This document shows positions 28,996 to 38,662 of a DNA stretch of 64,000 nucleotides, one piece after another. A model generated the notes under the pieces. The model searched no databases. It was not told the origin of the DNA and saw nothing but the letters and a program-made list of their open reading frames with translations. Source of the DNA: a virus (taxonomy: Duplodnaviria; Caudoviricetes); IMG/VR virus record IMGVR_UViG_3300031112_000372, positions 2,665 through 66,664 of that record. One strand, 5' to 3'. How positions within the stretch are numbered: the first letter of the stretch is position 1; the number at the start of each line of letters is the position of its first letter. A program made the position numbers and the translations under genes.

Positions 28996-29375
28996 TAGAT
29001 TTTCCTGACAAAAAAGACGGATTTCCGTTTGCAATACGGTTTTATCAAATCAAGAATGAATTGCTCGATCGCACTAAGCTTTACTGATCCGTCTTGATAT
29101 TCCTTTTCGGCCTCAACAGTATCGGCTTTTACTTTCTTACGCTTTAATGCTTGTTCCTGCCCTTGGTATATCTCCCCTTTCATAATGCCTTTGATGACTT
29201 GATAAGAGGCAGTTTTTAAAGGCCTAGGAACTTCGGTTACATCTTCATAAGGTTTAACATTACGTGCTAATAAATAAGCTTCTGACATCTGAAGGTATTG
29301 AGCCTTATCACTGGCAGATAAAGCATCAAAGCCTTCAACATGTTCTATCGCTTCTTGTTCAGTGATAAAGCTCAT
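28995..29375 (-). CDS. Head-tail connector (adaptor) protein
   Basis: Second gene after the capsid gene; KRKKVKADTVEAEKEY motif. Confidence 0.7.
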   Translation of the reverse strand: MSFITEQEAIEHVEGFDALSASDKAQYLQMSEAYLLARNVKPYEDVTEVPRPLKTASYQVIKGIMKGEIYQGQEQALKRKKVKADTVEAEKEYQDGSVKLSAIEQFILDLIKPYCKRKSVFFVRKI

Positions 29376-29378
29376 GGT

Positions 29379-29705
29379 TTATTCCTTTGGAATTAATGCT
29401 AAAAGTTCTTCTTTTTTAGCACCTGATTCAAATGCAATGCCCTTTTCAGTTAATACAGCCTTTAGTTCATCAACTTTAAGCCCTGTGTAGTTGATTGGTT
29501 GGACTTCACTTGGTTTTTGATCACCTTCTGGAATTTGGTTTCCTTCATCAGATTCAAGCTCAGCAATACGTGCTTTCATTGCCTCAGGAATATTCTGAAA
29601 AGCAATAAACTCACCTTTCATTGTTGCCAGTTGTTCTTCGAGTTCAGTTACTTTTGCTTGTGTCATTTGACGCTCTCTCATGCGGTTAAATGCAGATAGG
29701 CCCAT
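29379..29705 (-). CDS. HeH/LEM-like domain phage protein
   Basis: C-terminal LKVDELKAVLTEKGIAFESGAKKEELLALI. Confidence 0.7.
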   Translation of the reverse strand: MGLSAFNRMRERQMTQAKVTELEEQLATMKGEFIAFQNIPEAMKARIAELESDEGNQIPEGDQKPSEVQPINYTGLKVDELKAVLTEKGIAFESGAKKEELLALIPKE

Positions 29706-29747
29706 TGATTTATCTCCAAAAGAAAAGGCGGATAATTCCGCCCGTCT

Positions 29748-30698
29748 TTACTTAACTTTGTGCTTGAACGCCACAATACGAATCTGTTTTGGATCGTAGA
29801 CGCGTTCCCAATTGGTATCAGTTGAAAGACCTGCATTATTCGGTGCGACACCCATTGCACCAGCCCACTTGATACCACGAGGATGCAAGACAAAGTGACG
29901 GCGGTTAATGAGGATGTCGGAGCCTGCGAGACTATCTCGGTCAGTCTCAACCCCTACGGGTGCACCGATATCCTGAAAGCCGATAGCGCCTTGCCCGAAC
30001 AGGAATGATGTAAATACATCACCATCAACTGGCATACCGTCATCGACAATCACACGGCGATCCATGAAGGTTTTGTAAAGCACTACGCCATCTGCATCAC
30101 GTACGGTTTCAATCAGGCCCTGTTTGGCTAGTGCAGCCATGGTTGCAGAATGCATGGCAATGGCCGTTAATTTATCAACTGCATCCCCTAGCTTGTAAGA
30201 CGCGTCAATAAATGAAACACCATCAATAACTGCTGCGGCTCCAGTACCAGCAGAGATATCATGTGTATTGCTTGCCATACTTGCAGAACCAAACACACCT
30301 TTAAGCGTATTCACTGTAAAGCCTTGGAATTCACGTGCCCAGTAATCAGCAACCAGATCACCAACTGCACCAAGTGGATCATCACCAGATAAAGCTTTAG
30401 CAAGGTCATTGGCACCCCATGCCTTACCACGTGCATGCAAAATAGCAATATCCTGACCTGCAGCAATGTTGTTTACGGTTAGAGGTGTTGCATCTGAAAG
30501 TACTTCAGATTCCCCGTCTAAATCGTTCCAGAACGGGATATTTACGGTAGATCCACCTTGAGTGCCGAATGCAACTTCAACATCCAGCTCCCCTACAATG
30601 CCCGACTGCCATAAAGCAGATTTCTTGGCAGTTTTATTTAAAACGTACTGAGTAAATAACTCGGGTACGATTACATCAGCAATTTTTGTCTCAGCCAT
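29748..30698 (-). CDS. Major capsid protein
   Basis: 316 aa after the scaffold gene; TKIADVIVPELF...GSTVNIPFWNDLDG pattern. Confidence 0.88.
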   Translation of the reverse strand: MAETKIADVIVPELFTQYVLNKTAKKSALWQSGIVGELDVEVAFGTQGGSTVNIPFWNDLDGESEVLSDATPLTVNNIAAGQDIAILHARGKAWGANDLAKALSGDDPLGAVGDLVADYWAREFQGFTVNTLKGVFGSASMASNTHDISAGTGAAAVIDGVSFIDASYKLGDAVDKLTAIAMHSATMAALAKQGLIETVRDADGVVLYKTFMDRRVIVDDGMPVDGDVFTSFLFGQGAIGFQDIGAPVGVETDRDSLAGSDILINRRHFVLHPRGIKWAGAMGVAPNNAGLSTDTNWERVYDPKQIRIVAFKHKVK

Positions 30699-30711
30699 TA
30701 GGCTTTACTCC

Positions 30712-31467
30712 TTAAAGATTAATACCGTGTTTTGCAGCCAGCTCTTTAGCTAGCTGAGGATTTTCATTTCGTAATTGGGCAAGTTTGGTCAGGTTCACCG
30801 AACCATCTGGCTTGGTGATATCGATCTGTCCTTTTGTATTGGTGCTACCGGGTGAACCTGTACCATTTGCTTTAGGCCAGAAATAAGGCTTTTGCTCACG
30901 CAAGGTTTCGACCCATTCTTTGGGTGATAACGCCGTCTTACCGTCTTTACCAATGATTACTTCGCCTTGTGTATCGACTGCTACGGCCTTACCGTTTTCA
31001 TCGAGTACAAATTTAGAATGGGCAAGAAATGCGATATCTGCGGTTGCTTCCGGCAATGCCTCTAGTTCAAGGGCAGCTTGTACAATCTGGCTCTGAACAA
31101 CCGATTGCTTGAACTTGTTGGCATAGGCTTCTGCTTTATCAGCCCGCTCTTTTTCAGCATTGAGTAATTTGTCATGCTGTTCACGCATCTTCTCGGTACG
31201 TTTATGGATGACTTCTTCAACCTTGCCCTCGGCAATAAGTCTTGTTTCTTCATCCATACTCGCCTTGGTAAGCAGCTCCTTAATTGCTCCCAGATCAACT
31301 CCTTCAAGTTGTTGCTTCAAGTCACCAAGTTCAGTTTTTAATTCACTGTTCTTAGTGATGAGTTCGCTATTCTTGGTTTTTAAACCCTGTACCTGCTCAT
31401 CAACAGCTTTTTGAATAGCAGCTTTAACTTCTGGATTTTCCAGATCAACTTTGATTTCATCTGACAT
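30712..31467 (-). CDS. Capsid scaffolding protein
   Basis: Coiled-coil, charged, directly upstream of the capsid gene. Confidence 0.75.
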   Translation of the reverse strand: MSDEIKVDLENPEVKAAIQKAVDEQVQGLKTKNSELITKNSELKTELGDLKQQLEGVDLGAIKELLTKASMDEETRLIAEGKVEEVIHKRTEKMREQHDKLLNAEKERADKAEAYANKFKQSVVQSQIVQAALELEALPEATADIAFLAHSKFVLDENGKAVAVDTQGEVIIGKDGKTALSPKEWVETLREQKPYFWPKANGTGSPGSTNTKGQIDITKPDGSVNLTKLAQLRNENPQLAKELAAKHGINL

Positions 31468-31572
31468 TTAAAATCTCCTAGAGATACCGCCTTGCGGATT
31501 TAATTGTTTAGCCCTCTGCCTTGCTTCAGGCATTAAAAAACCGCCCGAAGGCGGTACGTTGTAAGAGAGCGA

Positions 31573-31677
31573 TTATTTCAGTGCCAAAATAATCGCGATA
31601 ACAATGATTCCTAAGGCTAAGCCCAAATTGGTAATTGCCTGCATTAGTCCTGCACGGTCAGCACCTTTCTCGCTCAT
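31573..31677 (-). CDS. Unannotated 34-aa single-TM peptide
   Basis: MSEKGADRAGLMQAITNLGLALGIIVIAIILALK*; purine-rich RBS-like sequence; bracketed by hairpins. Confidence 0.6.
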   Translation of the reverse strand: MSEKGADRAGLMQAITNLGLALGIIVIAIILALK

Positions 31678-31742
31678 TTTTCCATCTACCTTTAATTTAG
31701 ATATAAAAAACCACCTCTTGGTGGTGTGCTATTAAGTACATA

Positions 31743-32273
31743 TCAATGCTTTGGATCAAAATCTAATTTGTATTGAGCTTGCTTAACCAGATCATCTAAT
31801 TTACTTAATATTTTTGGTTTAACTTGCTTGCCACCCACACTCAAGATACGCCCAGCATTTGATAGAGTTTCAGTCCATTGTTCAGCAAGTAAATTAAGCT
31901 TTCCAATTTCTAGTTGAACACCTGCAAAGGTATCACGAGCAAGTTTTTCTTGTTCAATATAGTATTTTCGGATTTCATGCCCTTTATCATTGCGTTCCAT
32001 CATTCCTAAGTGTTTCGTCATATCTACAGAGATAATATATTCAATAGCTGTTTGGCCTGTTTTTGAAAGCTCGTCTTTTTTGACGACCTTTATATAATCA
32101 AAATTCTCTTCGAATTTACATTGATAGATTCGCCGCTTAATCCAATGTGAAAAATCAGATTTAATCTCTAACATTTCATGCAAATCACGAGCATTAACAC
32201 CAAGTTGTACTTCTCCATTTAAATCAAACTCAACAAATGGTGTCTGATTTTCAATTTTCATAATTTCATTCAT
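31743..32273 (-). CDS. AntA/AntB-family antirepressor
   Basis: VNARDLHEMLEIKSDFSHWIKRRI...F.ENFDY...EYIISVDMTKHLGMMERNDKG..IRKYYI motif. Confidence 0.85.
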   Translation of the reverse strand: MNEIMKIENQTPFVEFDLNGEVQLGVNARDLHEMLEIKSDFSHWIKRRIYQCKFEENFDYIKVVKKDELSKTGQTAIEYIISVDMTKHLGMMERNDKGHEIRKYYIEQEKLARDTFAGVQLEIGKLNLLAEQWTETLSNAGRILSVGGKQVKPKILSKLDDLVKQAQYKLDFDPKH

Positions 32274-32282
32274 ATCGTTTAC

Positions 32283-32342
32283 CTCGTTACCTTATAAAAA
32301 AAGCCGCATAGACATGTGGTAACGAGACACATCTACGCGGCT
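32283..32342 (-). promoter_or_regulatory. Structured leader/attenuator of the antirepressor
   Basis: Hairpin 32302-32342 followed by a U-run; its 9-nt loop is complementary to the 9 nt beside the RBS (32283-32291). Confidence 0.6.
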
Positions 32343-32582
32343 AAACTTTTCAAAAAGAACTGGCAAGCACACTGAATATGAAAAGCATGCTTTTTAAACC
32401 GTCGTTCTAACTAGTATTGAGTTGCCTAAATTTCAGGCATAAAAAAACCACCTCGAAAGGTGGTTTAGAATTTCTTAATAGTTGATGCGTATTTGTTATA
32501 AAAACAAGATGTTTGCACAACTATTCATTGTGGTAAAAATTAGCCCAAAACTGCTTTTGCTGTCAAGACTTTAAATTTTGAC

Positions 32583-33434
32583 TTAAACAAGATCTTTATT
32601 GTCTTTAATAATCATAATTCCATGAAGATCATTAAAAGACCTATCGTCAATTAAATCTCTATTATCTATTTGATCATAAGAATTAGTATTAATTAATCTC
32701 AAGACATAATCAGGTACGATTCCCTCATTAGGCAACTCTTCACTTACCTGAATACTTGAACCTTCAACCAATCTAAACTCTTTTGTTGCCTCCCACACTC
32801 TTTTTGGAAGAGAGATATTTGAATTTTGAGAGTGAGGAGGACAAACTAAAAAATGCCAAGGGTATATTTTGTCTATTACATCTCCTAAATGATCTTTTTT
32901 TATAGGTTTTTTTAATTTTTTAACATTTCCAACCGATAAAATAGAACAGCCGAAATGTTCCAATGTATATACATAATGGAAACATTTTACCCAAGCTAAG
33001 AGTGGATTTAAGTCATTTAATAAATCATTTTTTTGAATATACAAACAATATAGAGGAATTAAATTTTTGCTTTGTGCAGCCTTAATAAGCAATTCTGTCT
33101 GTGATTGTTCAGTCGGTTCACCTTTATTTTTTATATAATGCAATTGTTTAAATGAATTACTTTCGAAATTAATAATTTTAGCTTGTACTCGAAATCCAAT
33201 TCCTTTAGTACCAGTTGAATCAACAAACCACCATTCCCAGTCTGCTCCATTTTTTCCCTCTTCGTAACGCGTAAAGGTAGTGGTAATAACATCATATGGG
33301 TGCCTAAGCTTCAATTCTACCATTAGAGAATCTGTAATCGACTCTTCAAGCATTTGATGTTTTACTTGTCGTGCCTTACCCAACTGTATCCATGTTTGAT
33401 AAGATAGTTCTCTAAAAGTTTGACAAAGACTCAT
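32583..33434 (-). CDS. DUF6615-like protein, probable restriction-endonuclease-like fold
   Basis: EESITD...NGADWEWWF...FRVQAK motif. Confidence 0.6.
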   Translation of the reverse strand: MSLCQTFRELSYQTWIQLGKARQVKHQMLEESITDSLMVELKLRHPYDVITTTFTRYEEGKNGADWEWWFVDSTGTKGIGFRVQAKIINFESNSFKQLHYIKNKGEPTEQSQTELLIKAAQSKNLIPLYCLYIQKNDLLNDLNPLLAWVKCFHYVYTLEHFGCSILSVGNVKKLKKPIKKDHLGDVIDKIYPWHFLVCPPHSQNSNISLPKRVWEATKEFRLVEGSSIQVSEELPNEGIVPDYVLRLINTNSYDQIDNRDLIDDRSFNDLHGIMIIKDNKDLV

Positions 33435-33647
33435 CTAATATCCTCATTATAATTACATGAAATATATCAAAAAATTACCCCAAAAGGAGCAATGCTTTTG
33501 TCTTATGCTTTTAAAGTAAATTTTTCACCATCCATCAGATCCTTAAAGTCCATTCTGTCTTTATGCCAGTCATGACCTTTAGCTAATTCGAATATAGGCA
33601 TGTGGACGTCTCGACCGACTAAGTGCCTTAAATTATCTAATTTAAAA

Positions 33648-34241
33648 TCATTTTTTTTGACTATTTTCTTTCAAGAACCGATCTAAAACATAGCTAAAAT
33701 CAGAAATATCGAATTGTGCTGTTTTAACTCCATTATTGATTAAAGATATATCTACTTTTAACTGCTTACTTTTCTTAAGTAACTTAATAATTTCTTCTTT
33801 ATCTTGAGTACGTTTAACTTGAAAAGAATGTCCATCAAAATCATCTAAAACAAACATTTTAACTTTTACAGGTTTTTCTTCATCAAATTTGAATATAATG
33901 TCACAATCAGTTTCAGGACAAATAGCAAGTCCACTAGTTACAGTTAACAAAATACTATTATCATTAGACTCCTGTTTATACAGGAATATTAAACGTGAAT
34001 CTTTAGAATATGGTTCAGCTGTGGTATTTAAAAGCTCACTTGCAGTTGCCAAGTTATAGGTAACCTTTCCACTTTGTTCCTCAATATATTTTGAGGGAAT
34101 CCAGTTACTGCCGGGTGCTGGTACAAATTCAGCTTCCTTTTCATATAAATCGTTTTGCTTCAACCATTTAGAATCATCACAACCAGAAATAAGATTTATA
34201 AAAGATAGAATGAGTAGTGATTTTAGAAAGATCTTTGTCAT
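33648..34241 (-). CDS. Lipoprotein cargo, homologous to 19430..20002
   Basis: Lipobox ISGC; shared Cys pair and C-terminal NG..FD.S.F. Confidence 0.75.
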   Translation of the reverse strand: MTKIFLKSLLILSFINLISGCDDSKWLKQNDLYEKEAEFVPAPGSNWIPSKYIEEQSGKVTYNLATASELLNTTAEPYSKDSRLIFLYKQESNDNSILLTVTSGLAICPETDCDIIFKFDEEKPVKVKMFVLDDFDGHSFQVKRTQDKEEIIKLLKKSKQLKVDISLINNGVKTAQFDISDFSYVLDRFLKENSQKK

Positions 34242-34340
34242 TCAATTTAAACTCTATGATTTATTGTATAAGTGATAAGTTATATTAACATTATGATATA
34301 TAAAATTTTAATAAACTTAATTACTTTTTAAGAGCAATGA

Positions 34341-35447
34341 TTACAGTTCAAAATTTCTAAAAGCACTCTCATCCAACTTTCTTAACTCATCTAAGGTGTA
34401 TAACCTACCTTCCGGATCAAAGAACTTATCAAAATCAAACTGGCCTTCTTTGTAGAGTTTGAAACGTTTAGGCCCTAGCCATTCTTTCTGAAAAAACTCA
34501 TCTGTTTTCTTAAAGAACTCTCTAAATGTGGTGTTGGCATCCAGTTGGCCGATGAGTTGGCTACGCTCCTCTTTGGGGATGTCTTTAACTCTTCGCTCAT
34601 CCATAACAAACGGGCGTTCACCAACAAGTCGACCATCTTTCTCAACTGGTACCAGAATACTGCGACAATTGGGATGTAACGGCGGTACACGCTTTGCTGG
34701 ATCGTTAATTTCCCATATAGCACCATCTAAAGAGGCACAAAGTTTTGAAGTCCTTCCATCCAGCGTTGCAACCAATCGAACATATTCAAAGCCAATCTGG
34801 GTGAAGCTATTCAGATAAGTTTGATTCGCCACGTGGCTACGTAAAGTTCTAACAGTCCGATCAATATCAGACTTAGAACTAGTTAATAGACCATCCTCAA
34901 AATTAAGACGCTTGGTACCACGAATACGCTGAACAATCTCTTGATTGGTTTTGCCTGAGCTAATTCCATCGCGAATAGCATATTCAACTTTTTGGCGAGC
35001 GGTCTCGGCAATCTTAAATAGAAGATCATCAACCAACGCCCCGCCAACTAAAGGTGCTTTCTTGGCAGCAGAATAAAGTTTTCCGCCGTTAGGCTTTTTG
35101 ATCTTGCCGCCATACAACTTGGCTGTGTAATTCGCTTCATATACAGCCAATGCTGTAGCAGATACGATGAATGCTTCAGGTAAAGAAGTGTTTATGGCCG
35201 TAAACCACTGAGAGATTAAATCCCGAATCTCTTTGAGGTTTGTTGTTGTATATTGGCCACCACCAAGTGCTAATTTTTCAGAATCATTTAATTCATCTAA
35301 CAAATCCCGAAGTTTTGCCAGCATTAATGCTGACTCTTCATTAAAGATTGTTAGTAATTCATTAACTGATTGAGATGAAGCTCGATACAAATATGCTTGA
35401 TGTTGAGTTAATACCTCGATCAATGATTTATCTTCTTTTGAAGCCAT
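34341..35447 (-). CDS. Head morphogenesis / minor capsid protein (SPP1 gp7, Mu F-like)
   Basis: ATLDGRTSKLCASLDG...PPLHPNCRS motif. Confidence 0.9.
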   Translation of the reverse strand: MASKEDKSLIEVLTQHQAYLYRASSQSVNELLTIFNEESALMLAKLRDLLDELNDSEKLALGGGQYTTTNLKEIRDLISQWFTAINTSLPEAFIVSATALAVYEANYTAKLYGGKIKKPNGGKLYSAAKKAPLVGGALVDDLLFKIAETARQKVEYAIRDGISSGKTNQEIVQRIRGTKRLNFEDGLLTSSKSDIDRTVRTLRSHVANQTYLNSFTQIGFEYVRLVATLDGRTSKLCASLDGAIWEINDPAKRVPPLHPNCRSILVPVEKDGRLVGERPFVMDERRVKDIPKEERSQLIGQLDANTTFREFFKKTDEFFQKEWLGPKRFKLYKEGQFDFDKFFDPEGRLYTLDELRKLDESAFRNFEL

Positions 35448-35456
35448 TTCTCACCT

Positions 35457-36797
35457 CTACAAAGGCATGTTGTTCCGTTCAGTCTCAACTCGCTTCAGTT
35501 CTTCCTGAAAATCATGAGCTGGTAACTTACCAGTAGCGATGTATTCCCAATAGGTTTCGAATGAGTTCTTTCCAGCTATAGCGCCTTCATAAAGCTGCTT
35601 AGCAAGATTGATATCGTATTGCTGAACAATAAATTCAGGTTCTACCGTAAATGTATATTTGGATGCATCCAGCTTTAACCACTGTGCTGCATATTTGATA
35701 GCTTGTTCGATGGCCTGAGCTGCACACATCACAATGCTATGTAGACTTGCATGCTGATCATCCTGACGCGCACGGCGTGCTTCACCTGATTCTTGTGTAT
35801 TGGTATCGATGACCTTTGCACCTGCCTCTAATGCTGAATTCTTCTGGGCATCCATTTCACTTTTAGTCAGCTCAATGCCATCGCCGGAGATTTCCAGATA
35901 ATCACACTGTGCATCCTTAGGTAGACTCCAGACAGCCATAACACCAGTGACACTAATATCTTCGTCTCCATCAAGTCCACTAATCCAAGGCTGAGGATGA
36001 GCTGTGTGATGAAGTGACTGAAAATAGTCAGCACTGAGCTGGTAATACTTGAGTGCTGCTTTTGCCATAGTTAAAAGCGGAATAGTTCCAACATTTGGGG
36101 AATTATCCGTGGTACCACAGAATACAAATGGTGTGAATGAAAGCTGATTACCGCCAAGATCCGGAGTTTTATCCTCCACACTAGAACCATCAAACAAACG
36201 GACTGCTAAGGCTCCATCAATCATGGATAAAACGCGGTGGACCGTTTTTGTATCATGGCCAAACTCATCTCCACCGTTTTCAAACTGCTCCTCGAGCACT
36301 AATAGTTTCAGATCCTTACGGCCACCAATGCTGTTTTCCTTCCAGTTAATAATGGATAAGGCATCATATAAGGCGAAGTATGGAACGCCGTTAGCATCTA
36401 CATCCACCAGCAAGCCACAACGACCATATTCCAGTAACTCTAGGCAAATTCGGATAAAAAGCTGTTTTAATCCAAATCCGTCATTCGTTGCATTCTCTAT
36501 AAGCCCTTTTAATAAAGTACTTTCAATCACAATATTCGGCTCAAGCTTTGAGACCAGACCAATCATCGTACGAAGAGAATCTTGTACCCATAATGGATAC
36601 TGAGCACGACTTAGATAAGCTTTATAAATCTCTCCAGTCTTATCACCTTGCTTTTCAGCCTCAATCATTCCAGCCGACTTAGGAAGATACTTGGTTTGTG
36701 CCTGTTTAATCTGCTCTTCACCGGCAACGGCGTCGCGCATAATCAACCAGCTTTTTTGTGCAGCAATATACTGCGGATGTTTATCCGTAACTGCCAT
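35457..36797 (-). CDS. Portal protein (DUF4055-like)
   Basis: 446 aa directly after the large terminase. Confidence 0.85.
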   Translation of the reverse strand: MAVTDKHPQYIAAQKSWLIMRDAVAGEEQIKQAQTKYLPKSAGMIEAEKQGDKTGEIYKAYLSRAQYPLWVQDSLRTMIGLVSKLEPNIVIESTLLKGLIENATNDGFGLKQLFIRICLELLEYGRCGLLVDVDANGVPYFALYDALSIINWKENSIGGRKDLKLLVLEEQFENGGDEFGHDTKTVHRVLSMIDGALAVRLFDGSSVEDKTPDLGGNQLSFTPFVFCGTTDNSPNVGTIPLLTMAKAALKYYQLSADYFQSLHHTAHPQPWISGLDGDEDISVTGVMAVWSLPKDAQCDYLEISGDGIELTKSEMDAQKNSALEAGAKVIDTNTQESGEARRARQDDQHASLHSIVMCAAQAIEQAIKYAAQWLKLDASKYTFTVEPEFIVQQYDINLAKQLYEGAIAGKNSFETYWEYIATGKLPAHDFQEELKRVETERNNMPL

Positions 36798-36836
36798 AAA
36801 AACACCAATAAAAAAGCACCTGTAAGGGTGCGTTGT

Positions 36837-38123
36837 TTAAGCCATACCCCGAATCCGCCTGACCTGAACAATCCGTTTAATAATCGGGAACCGTTTCGCT
36901 AATGGATAGCCACCTGCATCACCAACATGGTCTAGGCCTGATTTCTTGTCAGGCATTCCAAAGTCATCATAAATCTGCTGTTCCAATGTCTCGGTAAACC
37001 GTGGGCACTTATAAGTATTAACCTTTAATGTCCGTTCTCCATCACCATTCAGGATCAAAGCATTCACGGCATTTAAACGGTCTTTAATGGTCGGGTTAGT
37101 GTTATTTACCTCTACCCGTAAACCATGCTGCCTTAAGATGGCATGATCCGATTCACTGCTATTTTTTGATGAAGTAGATTGTCCGGCAGCATCAGGAATA
37201 ATCGTAATTTCATGACCAGGGAAACGTTCAATAATCAGTTTGGCCATAGTTGGTGTATCACGAACTCCTACCAGCTCATCCAGCGCCAGAGGTTTACCGT
37301 CACGGATCACATACACCACGGCGGCCATTTTCAGAACGTTAAAGTCCATACCGATAATTAACGGCTCATTTGGCTTAATCTCTTCATCGGTATGGTTGAG
37401 CTTACGGTCAAAATCAGGATAAACAGCACCACTGGTTAAGTTAACGAACTGCCCACGTAAATAAGCCTCAATGAGCTGAGGTGGATAGGATTCCCGTAAA
37501 GATGCAATATAGTCATCTGGTAGATTGGCCTCATTGTCATAGGTTGAAGCCTGAATCATTCCATAGAGCTTTCGCTTGGCCTCTGATTTATTTGCCTCTT
37601 TAACGAATTGCTCATACGTAAATTTAAAACCTTCCGGTGTGGTCGCTACATCAATACCATTCAGCAAACCTGCCTGTTTAAAGCGCATACGTGCGATGAT
37701 CTTACGCCACGCTTGCTGAGCCTTGTGGGTAGCCATAACATCGAGCTCATCAATCAGTGCATGACCAATCTTAAAACCGACAATTGTTGCCGGCTTCTCC
37801 ATAGACCGGCAGATAATCGTGCTTCGATACTGACGACCGTAATAAAGATCGACCTCTTTATTCGATTCATAGATTTTGGTCTTTAAACCCCAGTCAAAAG
37901 CAACCTCATCGACTGTTGGATAAAAGATATCCCGAATCTGAGGATATGTCGGTGCAAAATAGCCCAGCCTAACTTTGGGGAATTCCCAAGCCTTATGGCA
38001 TAAAGAACCACAACCCACCCAAGTTTTTCCGCCCCCAAATCCGGATATAAATGCCCTGAATTTGTTTTCCATTTGAAGAAATCTAGCCTGAGGCACATTC
38101 AGCGTCGGATTGATGTTCGGCAT
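36837..38123 (-). CDS. Terminase large subunit
   Basis: Walker A GFGGGKT, Walker B ALIDELD, nuclease GMDFN...DHVGDA. Likely start MPNIN at 38123. Confidence 0.93.
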   Translation of the reverse strand: MPNINPTLNVPQARFLQMENKFRAFISGFGGGKTWVGCGSLCHKAWEFPKVRLGYFAPTYPQIRDIFYPTVDEVAFDWGLKTKIYESNKEVDLYYGRQYRSTIICRSMEKPATIVGFKIGHALIDELDVMATHKAQQAWRKIIARMRFKQAGLLNGIDVATTPEGFKFTYEQFVKEANKSEAKRKLYGMIQASTYDNEANLPDDYIASLRESYPPQLIEAYLRGQFVNLTSGAVYPDFDRKLNHTDEEIKPNEPLIIGMDFNVLKMAAVVYVIRDGKPLALDELVGVRDTPTMAKLIIERFPGHEITIIPDAAGQSTSSKNSSESDHAILRQHGLRVEVNNTNPTIKDRLNAVNALILNGDGERTLKVNTYKCPRFTETLEQQIYDDFGMPDKKSGLDHVGDAGGYPLAKRFPIIKRIVQVRRIRGMA

Positions 38124-38604
38124 CTTTTTTACTCGCATCTACAACTTGAATGGTTACCTTGACCGGTGTTGGATCATCTGCACCCTCACCGTCGCCCGTC
38201 CTGATCTTTTCAATCTCAAGCTGCTTTAACTCAATATTCAGGAGTGTTAAGTCATAACCCTGCATTTCTTCCCGAACCTGTTTAATCACACCTTGCTTCA
38301 TTAGCCGGTTGTTCTTCCAGCCTTCATAAATCTTCTGAAGTTCTTTAATACGATAGGCTTTATTAGCAAGTGGAATGTCATAAACATTCTTTTGGAAATC
38401 TGCTCTGGTTTTATTAAACAAAGTCACCAGTTTCTTGCTTAGGTTTTTCCCCGTTGCTTTTGTTGGGTCATATAAAGCGACCTGCTGACGTTCAATTTCG
38501 ATGTTAAATTCTTGCTTTACAGCATCTGCCACCTGTTGAGGGGTTTCAAAGCAAGCAAGAGACTGAACTATAAAGATTTTTACAGGCTCTCTTAGTGTTG
38601 CCAT
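38083..38604 (-). CDS. Terminase small subunit (DUF2280-like)
   Basis: FIVQSLACFETPQQVADAVK pattern; overlaps the large subunit start. Confidence 0.8.
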   Translation of the reverse strand: MATLREPVKIFIVQSLACFETPQQVADAVKQEFNIEIERQQVALYDPTKATGKNLSKKLVTLFNKTRADFQKNVYDIPLANKAYRIKELQKIYEGWKNNRLMKQGVIKQVREEMQGYDLTLLNIELKQLEIEKIRTGDGEGADDPTPVKVTIQVVDASKKDAEHQSDAECASG

Positions 38605-38662
38605 ACTTGCCCCTTCGTAAAGCTACGTAAAGCAAAACAGGCAAAAAAAAGAGCCTTATGGC

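Noticed and set aside
33503-33646. Reading frame ...LVGRDVHMPIFELAKGHDWHKDRMDFKDLMDGEKFTLKA* on the minus strand
   Set aside because: Looks like the 3' remnant of a gene truncated by the neighbouring cargo, but has no clear start or RBS; cannot be supported without a search.
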